A stretch of DNA of 52,655 bases, counting the filler, from Sphacelaria rigidula (Eukaryota), in NCBI GenBank assembly GCA_964200075.2. It is 4 parts of 4 records of this genome, joined end to end, with 100 filler letters (N's around TTAATTAATTAA, not from the genome) between each part and the next. Parts side by side here need not be neighbours in the genome. Positions count along the whole stretch, not along the records: positions 26,381 to 39,468 come from CAXNAA020003158.1; positions 39,569 to 52,655 come from CAXNAA020003159.1; 2 more parts are not named here. One strand, written 5' to 3'. A program made the position numbers and the translations under genes. Below the pieces are notes generated by a model, which searched no databases, was not told where the DNA came from, and saw only the letters and a list, made by a program, of their open reading frames with translations. This document shows, piece by piece, positions 36,701-50,100 of the stretch. How positions within the stretch are numbered: position 1 is the first letter of the stretch; each line of letters begins with the position of its first letter.

Positions 36701-38820
36701 TGATTTTGGTTCTTATTTCGCTGCCGTGCTTATATCGAAAACCTTTTCCTGCCCTCGACTGCTCTTGTGTCCGCACACTCCTTGTGCATAGCAAAATATG
36801 AAGATCAAGGCGGCACAACAGGGGACAGGGACGGGGATCCCCACGGCCGAGGACAATGTGAGTGCCGTTTGGAGCTAGATATGTTTTCCCTACACCATCC
36901 GGTCGATCAGCGGTCTCGATTGAGGTCCCGACAACTTGCAAGTACTGATTGATTGATTGGCTGATTTCGCACTTTAACTGCTCCCCCCAGAGATCCAGCC
37001 GTGGTCACATGACAGACGTACCCAAGAAAGAACAGAACTGGAACATTCGCTGAAGAAAAGGAAGGAACAGAAAGGGTCGAACAGAACGACATGGTAGACC
37101 AAGACGGGAAAAGAAAAAAAGGAATACAAAAGTAATAAAAGCAAAGCACAGAAAGAAATGTCCGATACAAAAAAAGATAAGAGTACTGCCCACCAGATTT
37201 CAAACCATCTGTGGATTAACTATTGTTTTTGTATTTATTTTATTTGTCGAAGTTTGACGCCCCCCCCTTCCTCGCGACGCGTCCGTGGTCTCAAGGGATC
37301 AACCCGTCTCTCCCCGGTATACGCCTTGCATTTTGGTCTCACGGCTTGGATCAGCACTCCCGCACCGCGTCAACTCACGTTCAACAAACTCAGTCAACTA
37401 CTTTGTTACTCACGTTCTCACGCTTTCCACGGTGGAAATCAGATACTACGAAGAAAAAATTAGCGCATCGGGAATCGAACCCTCGTTCTCTCCACCCTTC
37501 TTATGGTGACAGTCGGACCATTACGCCGCCGGGGCGCGGCAGTATTGACTGTTCAGTGCTATAGGTGATTGAAGTCTCTGGACATACATCCAAGCACTCG
37601 TCGTTTGCTGTATATGGACAGACATTCGGACAAGATATCCGCATTACAACATCCAAGTGGTAGTGGTCCAGCGCGGAGCAAACAAAATGTACACAAGTGA
37701 CCGCGTAAAATACTGTCGGCATCGTGTGAAGGTCCCCAGGGTCCCAGCAGGGTGCGACACACACCCCTGCAAGAAAACCGTCCTCTTGCGATGGGTAACG
37801 GGCTCTTTAGTCCAAGCAGCGGGTGGGTTATGGGCTATTGAAGTCAGCGGATTACCCTTTGTCACATGATCTTGGATTCGTTGTACGTGCAATAACAGCG
37901 CCTGGTATTGCTTGCGTATCAGTCGAGATCAACCGGAACTATCATGATGCAGGAGGTTACCGAAAATCTTGCCCGCTCCGTGCGTGGTAGCAGACTCTGG
38001 ACCGCAAGTACTTATTCGATAATCCATACTGCGGGGTCAGAAACCTCTCTCGCGCTAACAACTGCTGCATGTTTCTTAAGGAGCGTTTGGCTGTGGACAT
38101 GTCAGCACATACAATCATGTCGAATTAGCTTCGCTGCTTGTTTGGTACGGGGCAAAACCACGGTGCCAAACTGTTGCTATCAAGGGCCCGAAAGGGCGTT
38201 CGCAAAAGTCGGTCAAGTTCTTCGAAAGTGACTGCGGGATCGACGAATGTGCCTCCCTGGACCAACTCGTTGTCCCTTACCATGATTTCCATGTGAAGAG
38301 ATGTTGCGTTGAAAGCCAAAAACTCGTGTGGCACCTCTCGAACGCGTCCATAACCAATACAGCGCCCAGTGTCGAAAAGGGGCTTCTCCCAAAAAGGTCA
38401 TGTATTTTTCTGAAAACAAAAAAATGGTTCGTAGGAGCGGGGGTTCCACGTGCCCAGCCCTGACCTGACCCCCTGGTCTAGACGCATCCAACGGAGAGGA
38501 GAAACACACCCGTGACCCTGTACAGTGATCAACCCTGGACAGGGTTACACTCCTGTACAGAGCGTTACAACCCTGCTCGATGTCAAGCTCTATGCTGGGT
38601 AGAACCCCGTGCTGCCACTTTGCACAGCCACCCTGCACAAGGCTTTGTATGACCAGGCGTGTAAGGTCAATGACTGGAAAGATCAGATAGCCAAGTTTGC
38701 GCACCCTCACTTCGTGCTTACCCAGGACGCGGCCCGAAAAGACTTGGATGGATCGTCGTCAAAGGGATGTCTCCGCAAGCTGCCGGAAACACTGGTGATC
38801 CACCTCATGCGCTTCAAGGG
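27717..38820 (+). CDS. Divergent ubiquitin-specific protease (peptidase C19); exons 27717-27950, 28214-28885, ~29255-29397, 29743-29867, unresolved exon(s) ~30796-31900, 32477-32557, 32930-33013, 35099-35261, 38081-38227, 38628-38820; His box off-contig
   Basis: USP motifs in order: GLSNDQGQNRCHLHTALQLL (Cys box), GQQEDVASTF, SRFQGSVVLGAAC, CGHVS, LPETLVIHLMRF. Phases are consistent except across one unresolved interval; N-terminal exons are less certain. Confidence 0.8.
31303..31368 (+). repeat. (TACA)n microsatellite
   Basis: About 16 perfect units, intronic. Confidence 0.98.
35368..35730 (-). mobile_element. tRNA-derived SINE family B, full-length
   Basis: Minus strand: A box TAGCTTAGTTCG, B box GGTTCGAGTCT, (CA)n tail; TSD TCGAAGT (35361-67, 35731-37); second copy at 43960. 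Confidence 0.88.
35759..36408. mobile_element. hAT-type non-autonomous element with duplicated right end
   Basis: TIR core GAGGTGGACA; perfect 8-bp TSD GTATGGAG (35751-58, 36409-16); many subterminal CCGG motifs; extra internal end at 36050. Confidence 0.85.
37232..37540 (-). mobile_element. tRNA-derived SINE family A, near full-length
   Basis: Minus strand: GGCGTAATGGT A box, GGTTCGATTCC B box, AAAT-type tail; homologous to 5394-5556. Confidence 0.85.
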
Positions 38821-39468
38821 GTGAGGCCGCCAAATATGCTCTTGGCTTAGAGCCAAGAGCACGTGCTGATTATCCAGCGGAACGGCTTGTATGCTTCTGT
38901 GCGAGTGTGACTCATACGTTTGTCTATTCTTGCGAGGCCTTTACAGTACGAGTACTAGGTAAACGCGTCTGAGCGCACGAGGGTATGTAGCTCATGCTCA
39001 CGTCGTCTGCTGCGTCCTCACCAGTCGCCACATGTAGTGCGCCGCAAATACACCTATGTAACTCAATAACGGGTGCCGACCAAATCCCGAAGCTGTTGCC
39101 TGTAGGTATACGATTGACGTTTACTTCGGGACTCTGTATGCATCATACTAAGGGTTACGGCTCTTTGCTTGATGGTTGGTAGTTTGTAGCCTTCGCGTCG
39201 ACGTCTTCTGCACTCATCACTTGTGTGGTAGAAAGGTTCCCAAGCCGCAATTGAGCGAATGACCTTTTACTTCGATACGTTGTATCACGTGGAATGTATG
39301 TCCCTCGGTTTTCATCATGGTTTTATGTTGTGAGAAAGTCGTGCTCCAACGTGGACGCGTGAGTGATGCCGCAACCCCCCCGCCCCCCCCCCCCCCCCCC
39401 CCCCCGCCTCCCAAGAGGGCGCGGGTGCCGGCCACCCGCCCCAACACAACCACTAAACAGGCACCCCC

Positions 39469-39568
39469 NNNNNNNNNNNNNNNNNNNNNNNNNNNNNNNN
39501 NNNNNNNNNNNNTTAATTAATTAANNNNNNNNNNNNNNNNNNNNNNNNNNNNNNNNNNNNNNNNNNNN
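39469..39568. other. Artificial contig linker
   Basis: Same 44N-TTAATTAATTAA-44N spacer. Confidence 0.98.
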
Positions 39569-40651
39569 AAGCCAGGAGCGCCCACCTCGTAAAATGTCTC
39601 CCGTCTCGTATTTTTTTCCCGAGAATCTTGTGAAATAACCAACCGTAAGTAGCCATCTCGTTATTTTCACTCGTGATTTGCAAATTACGAAAGAAAATAA
39701 CCAACCGGAAGAAACGGCCTAATGCACAATTCCTCTGACACCCACGACCCCGTCGTCACGACATTCAGTCCCCGCCGCTCATGGGGATCCTACATCAACA
39801 AATAGGCGCATGTTTAATCGCATAAGAAGCATACTGTGTTCGTCCCATGCCAATCACAATGTGCTTCCCCCACTCACGCCCTGCTTCACTCTCATGTCCA
39901 CAGTATTTTCGCTAGTTTCTTAGTCGCTGTTTTTTTTCGGAGGCATCGTCTCCGAGTACCTTCCCGGACTCCGTTGCCCAACATGCTCGCATTATCCCGG
40001 CTCAGATATCGACCTTGACTGTACCCTGTCCCGTCATGCACAGCGGCCACGTGTCACCCCGCACATATCGAGTTGTGCATCAAACGTAGGGCACATACAA
40101 AACGACCGTGAGTCTTGTGGTGCGCTCTGTGCTTCGCACATTCCGCGTTCTGTACTAACTTATTTCTTGTCCTCTTATTCTCACTTATGCATACGTCGGA
40201 CAGCTAGCTCATGTCCTACCTAGAACAACGAGGGATACCCCAATTATATATCCACGGACAACATACGTGACAGCAGGGTTCGAAAAACGAAATCCCTACA
40301 TTTGCCCTCCTCAATGTGCACGGCGTCCAGCGATGTTGGGAGCAAGTGTGGAGAGAAGGGGCAAAATCAGCTAATCCGGATCAATACATCAACGAGAAGC
40401 GGCATCTAGGTACCTGTACCGCTTAACTGTCAGACTGTTCACTTTCGGTTGCTTCGCCTCCTGTCGGGTGCGAGGTCGCATCTTTTGCAGTATGTCTTGA
40501 CCTCTTCGGAGCAAGACCCAGTCAAGAAGAGTTTGCAATGGACTGCACCTGTATCAAGCGAAACGGATATGTCGAAATGCTCCATGTCACCGTGTCTCGG
40601 AGATCTCGTCAGACCTTTTCCTTCTGCTTGAGCACCTTATGTTCCCTAAAA

Positions 40652-41260
40652 GGGCAGGTAGAGTAGGGTACACTGTGAATTGCGGGGTATTTTGAAAATC
40701 GTACTCGAATTACACACGAAAACCGTACTCGAGCTACACACACTAGGGTAGGGTGGTAAAGGTCGCTTCCCAGTTATTTTTGGGAATGACTCTGAACACT
40801 CTACCCCAGTCTGATTACTTACATTTGAAGTACGACTCTGAAAATACGAAAATACCACGGTATTTTGAGATGCTGATACCCACCGTGCCTGCCAAATCGG
40901 GTATTTTCAAACGTCGTACCTACGATACTCACGACACCACGGTATTAGAGATGGTGATAACCTACCGTACTCGCTCAGTCAGGTATTTTCAAAATTCATA
41001 CCTGCAATACCCACACATGCCACGATATGGGATACCCCGGTGAATACCGGGGATACGCTTGGTCGTGTACCTCACCTACGGTTCCCGTGCAAACTTTCCA
41101 AGAATTATCCCAATGGGCAGGTCGAGTAAGGTAAAGGTACACTCAATTGCGGGGTATCTCGGGAATCGTAGGTGCGACATTCGGAAATACCTGATTGAGT
41201 CGGTATCGTTAGGGCATGAGACGTCTCGAATAACAGTATCGAGTACCCGCCTTATCCTCT
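40652..41260. repeat. TACC/GGTA-rich non-autonomous transposon-like repeat (two related starts at 40652 and 41114; related to 42720-43750)
   Basis: Repeated gggcaggt.gagta.ggt..ggtacact..attgcggggtat motif; ends and TSD not resolved. Confidence 0.5.
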
Positions 41261-41263
41261 ATA

Positions 41264-41865
41264 CGAGCTGGGCCAGCAGTAAATCCCGCATTCGCTTTCC
41301 ACACCACAACTTTTGAAGTTTTCCAGATCAGCGCGACTTGAGCATATCGCTGTGAAGTGCTGGTAACGGACGATACCGCCCCCACTGAATGATTATTTTG
41401 TTTGGAAAATGAGTATCGCATAATGTATAACCTAAGCGACGGAAGACAAAAAAAATCTGTCGGGATTCGAATTTATGATACATGATCTCCATAACTGGAG
41501 TCTCCTGTATCACTCGAATTTAAGGGGCGCGGCCGTGATACACGTAACGTGCGACGCAAAGCCCAATTTGAGGGGTTCCTGGCCGAAACTCGACGAGGAT
41601 GTAGTTGACGCGAGTGCCCGTATTCATTGGAGCGTTGCCGTGATTTTTATCAGTCTTGAAGGAAGTCATAGCATTTTCCCTGTTTTTGCGGAAACTTGAA
41701 CTCGCTCTAATTTCCCGTATTTTCGTTTTCCTCTGCATTTTGAATTGTGTTGGGCGACTTGAGAAAATGTTGCGTCAAAATTTCAAATTTCATCGCCTAT
41801 ATCTTCGAACGACCAATAGCGTCTCCACTCTTTGTTCAGAAATAATTGTCAGCTGGCCCAACTCG
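41264..41865. mobile_element. Tc1/mariner-type MITE (602 bp)
   Basis: TIRs CGAGyTGGGCCAGC with TA flanks; terminus related to 4240-5387. Confidence 0.82.
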
Positions 41866-42963
41866 TACCGATTTTGAAGCTGTCATCTGGCACTGCGGAG
41901 AGGCGTCCCAGGGCGTGTTTTCGCATTTTTTTTCCCATCGAAAAATGGGCACGTGGAATTGATTCGAGCGAAAGTCGTGAAGCGGTGAAGCGGTACATGG
42001 TCACTCGTGTACAGTACGGTCCGTACTGTGTGCACTGCTTGCAAGCAGTGTGTCTTCAGTGCGTGTGTGCGTGTTTCGTACAGCTGGATTTTGAACACAA
42101 GCGGGCAACGTGCAGTGCAGACAGCCCAGGACTATCAATTCTCTCTACTTACAATGTGATGTGAAAAGGGCTTGAAAACCGTGCTTCGTACTACCTGCAC
42201 CGTCCATGGACGTGTATGCAACTCGGTTGCCCACGGTACCATGCAGTTCCGCCCCTGCGATGACTACCATGAGAGAAGGTGCGCAAGTTTTAGCCAAAGA
42301 AAACCAAACGAAGCATACCCGACTACTTGAGTGCAGCTATCCCTGTGCTCAACTCGTACTCAGCTCTAGGGTTGCGGTGGTAGCTGAGAATGAGTCGGAT
42401 GGAGTTTGTATATTTCTGTGAAAGGGTGTCACCAGGTGTGGTGGTCTGGAAGATACAAGTCAATTGCCTCTTCGTGCCTTTTGACCGCATGTTTTCGATC
42501 GAGAAAGCTTAGCCTTATCGTTATGTAGTGTTCTCCGCCCGCCACAAACTACAAACTTGAGTTGAACCCTTTTAAGAACAGAAATGCGGTGGACCCATGA
42601 GATCGAGAGGAAGAAAATCGGCCGTACTCTCTGTAGACTACATAATGACAAGTGGATTCGAATTGATGCAAACACGAAAATCGGGGGGAGTCTGGGTACA
42701 TATTACTTGTGAAAACAAAACGTACCTGCTCCGACAACGCCTGGCCTTTGCATAAATTGGGGCCAACTGTGGCACCGTGGGAAGTGCATTTCGTCCGGTA
42801 CTTTCCGGGGTATCCCATACCGTGGTATACGTGAGAATCGTATGGGTTTGGAAGATTCCCGATTGAGCGGGTACGTTAGTTAAGACATATGAAAAAACCC
42901 GATTGGGCGGGCACGATAGATATTGACATTCAGAAATACCGTGGTATCGTATGGACAACATTT

Positions 42964-43594
42964 CATACGTCGGACGAGCACGAGTGTGACTCGTGGCACT
43001 CGCACTCGTTGGGCTGCTCGTTGGCCGTAAAAATTAATAGAACGAGCACTCGAGTCATTGCTTGTTGTTGAAAAAAATAATAGGGCGAGCATTCAAGTCA
43101 TTGCCCGTTTGGAAAATGAAGAGATGAAAAATAAATTAATTGATTAGAGATTGTTTGAGGATGGATGATTGGATGGTTGAGGATGGACGGTTGGTTTCAA
43201 TTTTTCAACAAGGAAAAGACAATTTATTGATTTATCTCTCTCTCTCCTGTGGTTACACATACATATATTGATATAAAATAAGTATACATAATTTAATTAA
43301 ATTAAATTGATCATTTATTGTTTGGGGATGGGATGGTTGGTTGGTTGGTTGGTTGGTTGGTTGGTTGGTTGGTTTCGTATTTTTTTTCTTGGATGAAGGA
43401 AAGACATTATTTTAATAATGAATAATTAAATACAATTACTGTTAGGGGATGGAATGGTTGGGGTTTTGTATTTGATTTTTGGAGAAAAGAAAAACGAAAT
43501 AGTAGTGCGAGCACACGATTCATGCTCGTTTGTGTTTTGAAAAAACACCCACCAGTGCACTCGCTCCGACGAGTAATGACTCGTCCGACGTGTG
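42964..43594. mobile_element. 8-bp-TSD (hAT- or P-type) MITE, 631 bp, nested in an older repeat
   Basis: TIRs CAyACGTCGGACGAG; perfect TSD CAACATTT (42956-63, 43595-602); subterminal CTCG/CGAG repeats; AT-rich core with (TTGG)n. Confidence 0.9.
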
Positions 43595-43959
43595 CAACAT
43601 TTAACCCCTGGACGGCAAGAGCAGGTCATCCACTGGACCGGCATCAATCTCGCTCAACGAACATATGCTCGATAAGTGTTGAAAATACCCGATCGGACCG
43701 GTATTGGTGGGATAGATATGTCCCAAATGCCAGTACCGGGTTCTTACCCTACCTGCGGTGCTTGTGAAAGTTTGCATCAAAATCAAGCTCGAGATGAAGA
43801 ACGCGTGCAAACAAATCATGCGCGCACTTCGGCTTCTTCCGCAGGTGGTGTCCTATTTGTTCACTGTCGTGCTCATACTCTGAGCCCCTCCCCTCACCTC
43901 CCTTTCTCCGGACGAGTTCGTTGATTTTGATCGATGAATTGATTGACCGTCACATGTAA

Positions 43960-44280
43960 GCCGGGTCGCCCCAGTGACTCAGTTGGCTATCTCGAGGCCT
44001 TTTGACGCAGTCACACGATCCGAGATTTTTTCCTCTCACCATGCCCAACAGTGGAGAGCGACGATGTAGTGAGCAGGTACACAATGTTCGATTTCACGGT
44101 CCACGATGAAGAGAGGCTGCCGAATTCGTCTCGCGATAAAAACAACCAAGGCATAGCATACCCGCACAAAGTGGGTGACTGAAACAGATAAGAAAAAACT
44201 CCTGTGTTGGCCTCCGTCCTGTGTGACCCCGCTTAATGAATCCACATGTACCGGAATGTGTAAACTGGCGGTCAAAATCA
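43960..44280 (+). mobile_element. tRNA-derived SINE family B, diverged copy
   Basis: Homologous to the reverse complement of 35368-35730 (atgcccaacagtggagagcgac; aaaactcctgtgttggcct); B box eroded. Confidence 0.78.
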
Positions 44281-44707
44281 CTGTGACCTACCTTCGCCTT
44301 GAAGTAGCTTCATCGGCTGACAGTCCAGGAACATCCGAATGTCCGAGGGAGTGGGGGGGGGGGGGGGGGGGCGGGCTGTCTGAAGCACAGTCGAAAAGTT
44401 CTCCAAGTCAACGATGTGTGTTGAAAAGTTTCCCACGGAAAGTCGTAAGCCAGGAAAGTGGCCCGAGAGGAGCGCAGTGACCATTCTGACCAATCACGGG
44501 TATCAAAGTGGTCACTTTATTCCTCCACAGGTAGACTACATACTGCAGCGCTGTGTAGCCGTATTTATCATTTTGGTACTGACATTCAACCATAGTTATC
44601 ATGGACTCAAACATTTTTCTACTCTACTCGTGGTCAATGCCGCCTGCCTGGAGATTGGTTTACCACAGGTTAGGCTCGGGCTTATCGGAAGTGATGATCA
44701 CTTTTAA

Positions 44708-44805
44708 CCCTTGGGCCCCGAGGGTAGTCTATCTGGATCATGCATACTTTTTTCAAGTGTAATTGATGCCGATTCCACTCATGACCCACTCTCGCTGTCC
44801 GAGGG
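44708..44805. mobile_element. piggyBac-type mini-MITE (98 bp)
   Basis: TTAA|CCCTT ... GAGGG|TTAC; conserved internal ggatcatgcatactttt. Confidence 0.8.
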
Positions 44806-45384
44806 TTACAAAACACCACTTTGCTTCTTTTGTGAATATGGAATTTTCTATAAATTTTTCCTCGGCAAGCATATGCTAGGAAACGGTGCGAAATGCTACT
44901 AATCCCGAACTAAAGATAAAGACGGTATATCGCCTCCCTCTCGAGTTGCATTTCTACATTCTGGTCCCCCCTGTGCACCGAACTTTCATGAAACATCTGA
45001 CACTCGTACGCGTATAACTGCAAGAAACGCATTCTGCTATCCTACATGATGACCACGATACTACTTCCCCGCTGGGTGGGGAGGGGTGCGAAACGAAATC
45101 GCCTGCTGCGCTGCTTAACGATATTGCTGAATAAATGCCGTACTGTACTGTTGTTTTATTCCGTCCTCGTGCGGCCGCCTTTCTTATTCCCGTTCTTGCA
45201 TGGTACTTTTCATTTTCCGACTACACTGAATCCAAGTCCTTCTTCGCTGTAATCCATCAGCTTCACCCGTTGCACTACGTAACGATTTGTGCCGATACGC
45301 AAACCGCAGATCCCGCTACGCTCCAATCCTTCAGTTTTGGAGAAGTGATTGCCCCCACAACGACCGGTGCCTAGTCTTATTGAC

Positions 45385-45688
45385 AAGCAGATCTGGATCG
45401 TGCATACTTTTTTCATGTGAAGATTAATTCCAAGTCAGCAGGTGATCTACCCTTGCGGGCGAACGGTTAACCTCAACTGGTAGACCGCGAGATTAGTCTT
45501 GCTGGATCATGATACTTTGTTTCAATTGAAATTGATGCCGATTCGACAGAAGAATAACCTCGAAGACTAACCTCGCGGTCTAAGGGTTAAACCCGTTGGC
45601 GGCGAGGGTAGGTCACCTGCTGAATCGACGTCAAGTACACTTGAAGTATGTGTGATCCAGATGGACAACCCGCATCGCGGTCCAAGGG
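45385..45688. mobile_element. Cluster of three abutting piggyBac-type mini-MITEs
   Basis: Units ~45385-45466, 45471-45586 and 45592-45688 (inverted), separated by TTAA at 45467-70 and 45587-90. Confidence 0.72.
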
Positions 45689-46545
45689 TCAACCCTGTCG
45701 GGACAGGATTCCCAGAAACATGTGGTTTGCACGCAGGGGCCTTTTCGTAAATCGGCATTATTTTTATTCGTTTCCAAGTCAGTGATTTCGATTCACGAAT
45801 ACGCCCCTGTGTGCAAACCACATAATTCTGGGAGTCCAGTCCCTCGGGTTCAAGATCCAGATTTCAGTGTTGCACTAAAATCAAATTAAATAATTCCACA
45901 CCTCCCCAGTGATGAACTCTACTGCCTAATACCTCTAGAGGAGACACATGGCACACATCCTACTGACTCTCCACGCCGAAGACTGGGCGGTCAAAACCGT
46001 TCAGGGGTTCCCTGGGATTATTTCCGAAATATTGGCGTGTTGGCGTCTCATCGTCTCGAAAATGAAGAGGGGGTTCCCCATGGCGTTACTGACACATGAA
46101 AAATATATATTTATTTAGTAAACAAGATTGGTGGGGTTCCTAACGGCATGCAGATCCCAAACGTCCACATGTTGACGCAGAGAGATGTCTACATCGCCAG
46201 AGATGGGCTTTTCTGAACCCCAAATGAGGCGTAGTTCATATCAGTCCACCTGCGGGGGAATTGCTGTTGCTGTCCAGGGACTGACCTCTTGGACGCCAGA
46301 AATCGTTTCAGTCACTTTAACAACAGGATTTCACCGCTGATACCGTGGATTCATATTGAATATTGGTGATGGGATGAGCGAACCAATTTTCCCGTCATGC
46401 CGCCGAAACGGAAGTCTTGTGTGTACCAGAGTTTCCCCCCGCACATTGATGAGGCCACTCTGTCAATATTGCGTTGTTCTCATCCCTCTCTGTGTCCTTA
46501 TCGATCTTGACTTAATTCAGAGCCCAGTGTACGCATCGCGTACAT

Positions 46546-46890
46546 GGGGGTGGGAAAAACCTCGCCGCCTTCGCCTGCGCCCCCGGAGGGGCCCCGCGGC
46601 GCAAGTTCTGTGGGGGTTTTCCTCTTGGAGAGACGCCCTACATTTTGCCAAAATGGGGCCATTTCGACGGTATGAGCCGCGCGGCAAAAAGAAACACCCC
46701 CACTTTTTTCTTTTCCTCCGACGATAAAAGGAGGGCCGCAGGAGAAATGAAAGCCCGAGGCGAAAAAAGGGCGACCCATTTTTTTCCCTGCGGCAAGCCG
46801 CAAAGAGAAAGCTCCCAACAGCTGCGCATCGGCCACTTTCCCCTAATAATCTGCGCCAGCGCAGGCCCGCGTGGAGTTTTTCTTACCCTG
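46546..46890. mobile_element. hAT-type MITE (345 bp)
   Basis: Degenerate TIRs GGGT..GAAAAAC; near-perfect 8-bp TSD GCGTACAT/GTGTACAT. Confidence 0.65.
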
Positions 46891-47136
46891 GTGTACATGT
46901 TGCTTTAGTGAGCATCGCTGGATTCGAAGGATGGGCTGATGAGTGTAAACAGGGGCAGCGGTTCCGCAAGATGGAAGTAAGCAGCAGTGTACAACGAGGT
47001 CTTTTTTTTCCCCTTCCTCGTTGTTTTCAACAAAAGATGTTCCCTTCCGCCATGCCCATCCGTTCTTGTGCTGTGCTTTTCTCGCCAACACACACCGCCG
47101 GTTTTCAAAGGCAAAAACAGACAGCAGAAGGATATC

Positions 47137-50100
47137 ATGAGGACGTCAGTGTTTTCTGCTGGCTTGTTTTTCCTCATCGGCGCGTCCGGGAGGGCAGAAG
47201 CAGCAACATCGACGACCTCAGCAGTATCTCTGGAGGATGTTTGCGCAGACGAGATCGCTGCGTGCAGCACGGGAAGCCCAGCATGTTTTACGTGCTTGGT
47301 GAGTCGCTGTCCATCTCCACATGTCCTTTCGCGAAGCAAAGATCGTTCGTTGTGGGTTCGGTTGTGCTTTTGCTGCGGCTGATGAGTGTTATCACCCCCT
47401 TTTTTAATGAGAAGCATCCGGTTTCCGTCTTGAAAACTTCAGGACGCGAGTGACAGCAAAAAAATTGACGAACGTGAAGTAGAGCACTGATCCTCGATGC
47501 AATTCCAAAAGGTCGGGTATGTTCCAGTGGAAGGATGGGCTGCTGAGTGATCCGCGATAGCCCCCTGCCCCCCCCCTCCTCCCCAAAAGTGATGGATTTG
47601 ATGAGGTGAAAGCCACATGTGAATCGAAATTGAAAAGCCGATCACAGCGAGCAGCTGGGAACTCGGACGCTTGGGATCGTTTTCGCAAATGTCGCCCGCA
47701 TGAGACGCTTCATCCAGTCTGAAACCAGTTGTCATGTGCTGTATGTTCATTTCCTTCGTGACAGTGTTGGGGCTGGTTTGTTGGGGGGGAAGGTGAGGGG
47801 GGGGGGCGACTGTCACGGCGACCCCTTGGGAGAAACGACGTACCGGTTCCGAGGAAGGGGAAAAATAGGAAGTATGATGAGGAACACGAGGAAACCTCAC
47901 TCACCTTTGACAAAATAAATCTCGGAGGAGGGGATGAAATCCTGGTTCCACCTCGCGTTGGCTGTTTTCGGATCACGAAAGTATCCCCCCCCATCTGTCG
48001 CTCTGCCAATATGCGCTCGGTTGTGCCAACTTTCTTCAACCCCTGTATACGCCTCGATTAGATGATATTTCATCATTTTTTTCTGTCTGGTCCGAGTACA
48101 GGATCATCGGGTGCCAAAACCTACCAACTCTCGCTAAGCTCAGTGCTCTTGTTGTCAAAAACGCGCAAAATGCAAGAATGTTGGCCCCTGGAGACGCTGC
48201 GATTGTTGCTCGTACCCAGGACGCGTTCGAGAGTTCGCTTCGGATCAACTCCTCCCTCATGTATACATGTCATGTCTCCCGAACCAAGGATGCCAAGAGT
48301 GTACTCGTGTGCTTTTTTATTATCATCAATTTCACTATTTCCGCACATCAGTCCGATCTCTCGAACCCGTGGTCACAGACGTAAGCTCTTCTTTCCAATA
48401 CCGTCCCTCCTATTCCTTACGTCCCTGCTATTCCTTACGAAACAACGAGTCCTCCTTCATTTTTTTAGACTACAGCGTAATTATAAGGATAAACGCGATC
48501 AACTAAGATGTCACCAAAACGAGAGAAGAGAAGAAAAGTGCTTATATAAGTCATGGTGGCTCAGTGCCGCCTTCCCCACCTCCATTTGCTTCGACCCAAC
48601 CCGAGCAACACTCACACGTTGACTGATCACATGGTGTACTCCCTCCCTCGCCCGGTTCCTCCCTTGCCCCTGTTCCTCCCCCCGTCCATCAGCTCGCGCT
48701 GAGTCAGGTCAACGCAACGGTGATTGCGGCTGAGCTCCCGAGTGACGTGACCTGTGAAGAAACCCCCGCTATCCTCTGCAACTATGTAGAGACTGGGCTT
48801 GGCTGTGACACCACCGACGATTACGTCCTGAGCCTGGCGGCCTGCATTACTGTGAATGAGTGAGTTGCCTTGCCGAAAACACTGCGCACTCCCATTTCAT
48901 TGTTTGTTCTTGGTTTGATTAGTTTCGAACAGAAATCCGCGCAGAGGTTCACGGATGCTGACTACTAATGGCACAAAGCATCTATATAGAACATGGTCGC
49001 AGAGAAACCCTGCCGGTGAGCTGGTTCGATCAAATGATTTACACGCCCTAACCCGACATTGAAGGTAGCTACAGTAAGTGCTTGTACAGGCTGGGCCGCC
49101 CAAGAAGCTCACTTTCCTTCAGCCCGTTCTAACTGATGATGTATCGAGAGTTGTGCCCACTAGAACACATTGTGGTAATCGGCAAATCAGCGTGCGTCTT
49201 CACATCCATGTAGCACTGGGATCCGACAAGATCTCATGAAACGATATACCAAACTATAACCAGGTGCGAAAGTGTAGAGAGTTGAGGGTACTATCTGCGG
49301 CGGAATCAGCCAAAATAAAATGGCTGAGACTGGATTTTCCGTTACAGTCAGTGTTGTGCAGCGTGGTGCCGCAAGCTGTGGCACGATTCCCGAGCTCAAT
49401 ACTCGATCGTTTTCGATGAAATTTGGACATGATGTAGAGGAAGTGTGTGCAAACACGTCTTCGTTCCTCCCGTGTTTATTTTCCTTTCTTCGTAAGTTAT
49501 TGGAGACGGAACATCTCAGAAGAGTTTTTTCGGAAAAAAATCACCAGTTACCCGAACAGAAAGAAAAACAAAAACAGGGGATGGAAGGTGAGGTGTTTGC
49601 ACATACGTTGTGTACATCGTGTCGAAATTTCATCTAAAACGATCCAAAATTGAGCGAAGAAAATGCGTTTCAACATTCCTGGGGGCTTCTTTTGCGGCCC
49701 AGCCTGTGGTTCCTTCCTCCCCCACCCCCCGTAACGCGCACCTAAGCTAAATGTCGTTTGCCATGAGCGATCATGAGCAGCTACTCTTTACAAAAGCCGA
49801 GCGTCTCATCACCTCATGTTTGTCATTGATATCTTGCATCAACATTACTGCACTCCTCATCAGGATGACGGGTGCACGGGTAGGTGAACCGCTGCCAATC
49901 TGCCGACCTTGTATTGATCTGACCCCCATTGCCTTCCCCTTCCCACTGAAACACAAGGTTCAACTGCGAATTCGACACCTGCGACTTCACGCCTGCTCCT
50001 ATAACCGTCACTGGGGCACCAACGTCCGCTGGTACCTCAATCGGTACTTCTGCCCCTTCCCCTGCCGTCACCACGGCTCCCACTGGGGCTGACGGAAGCC

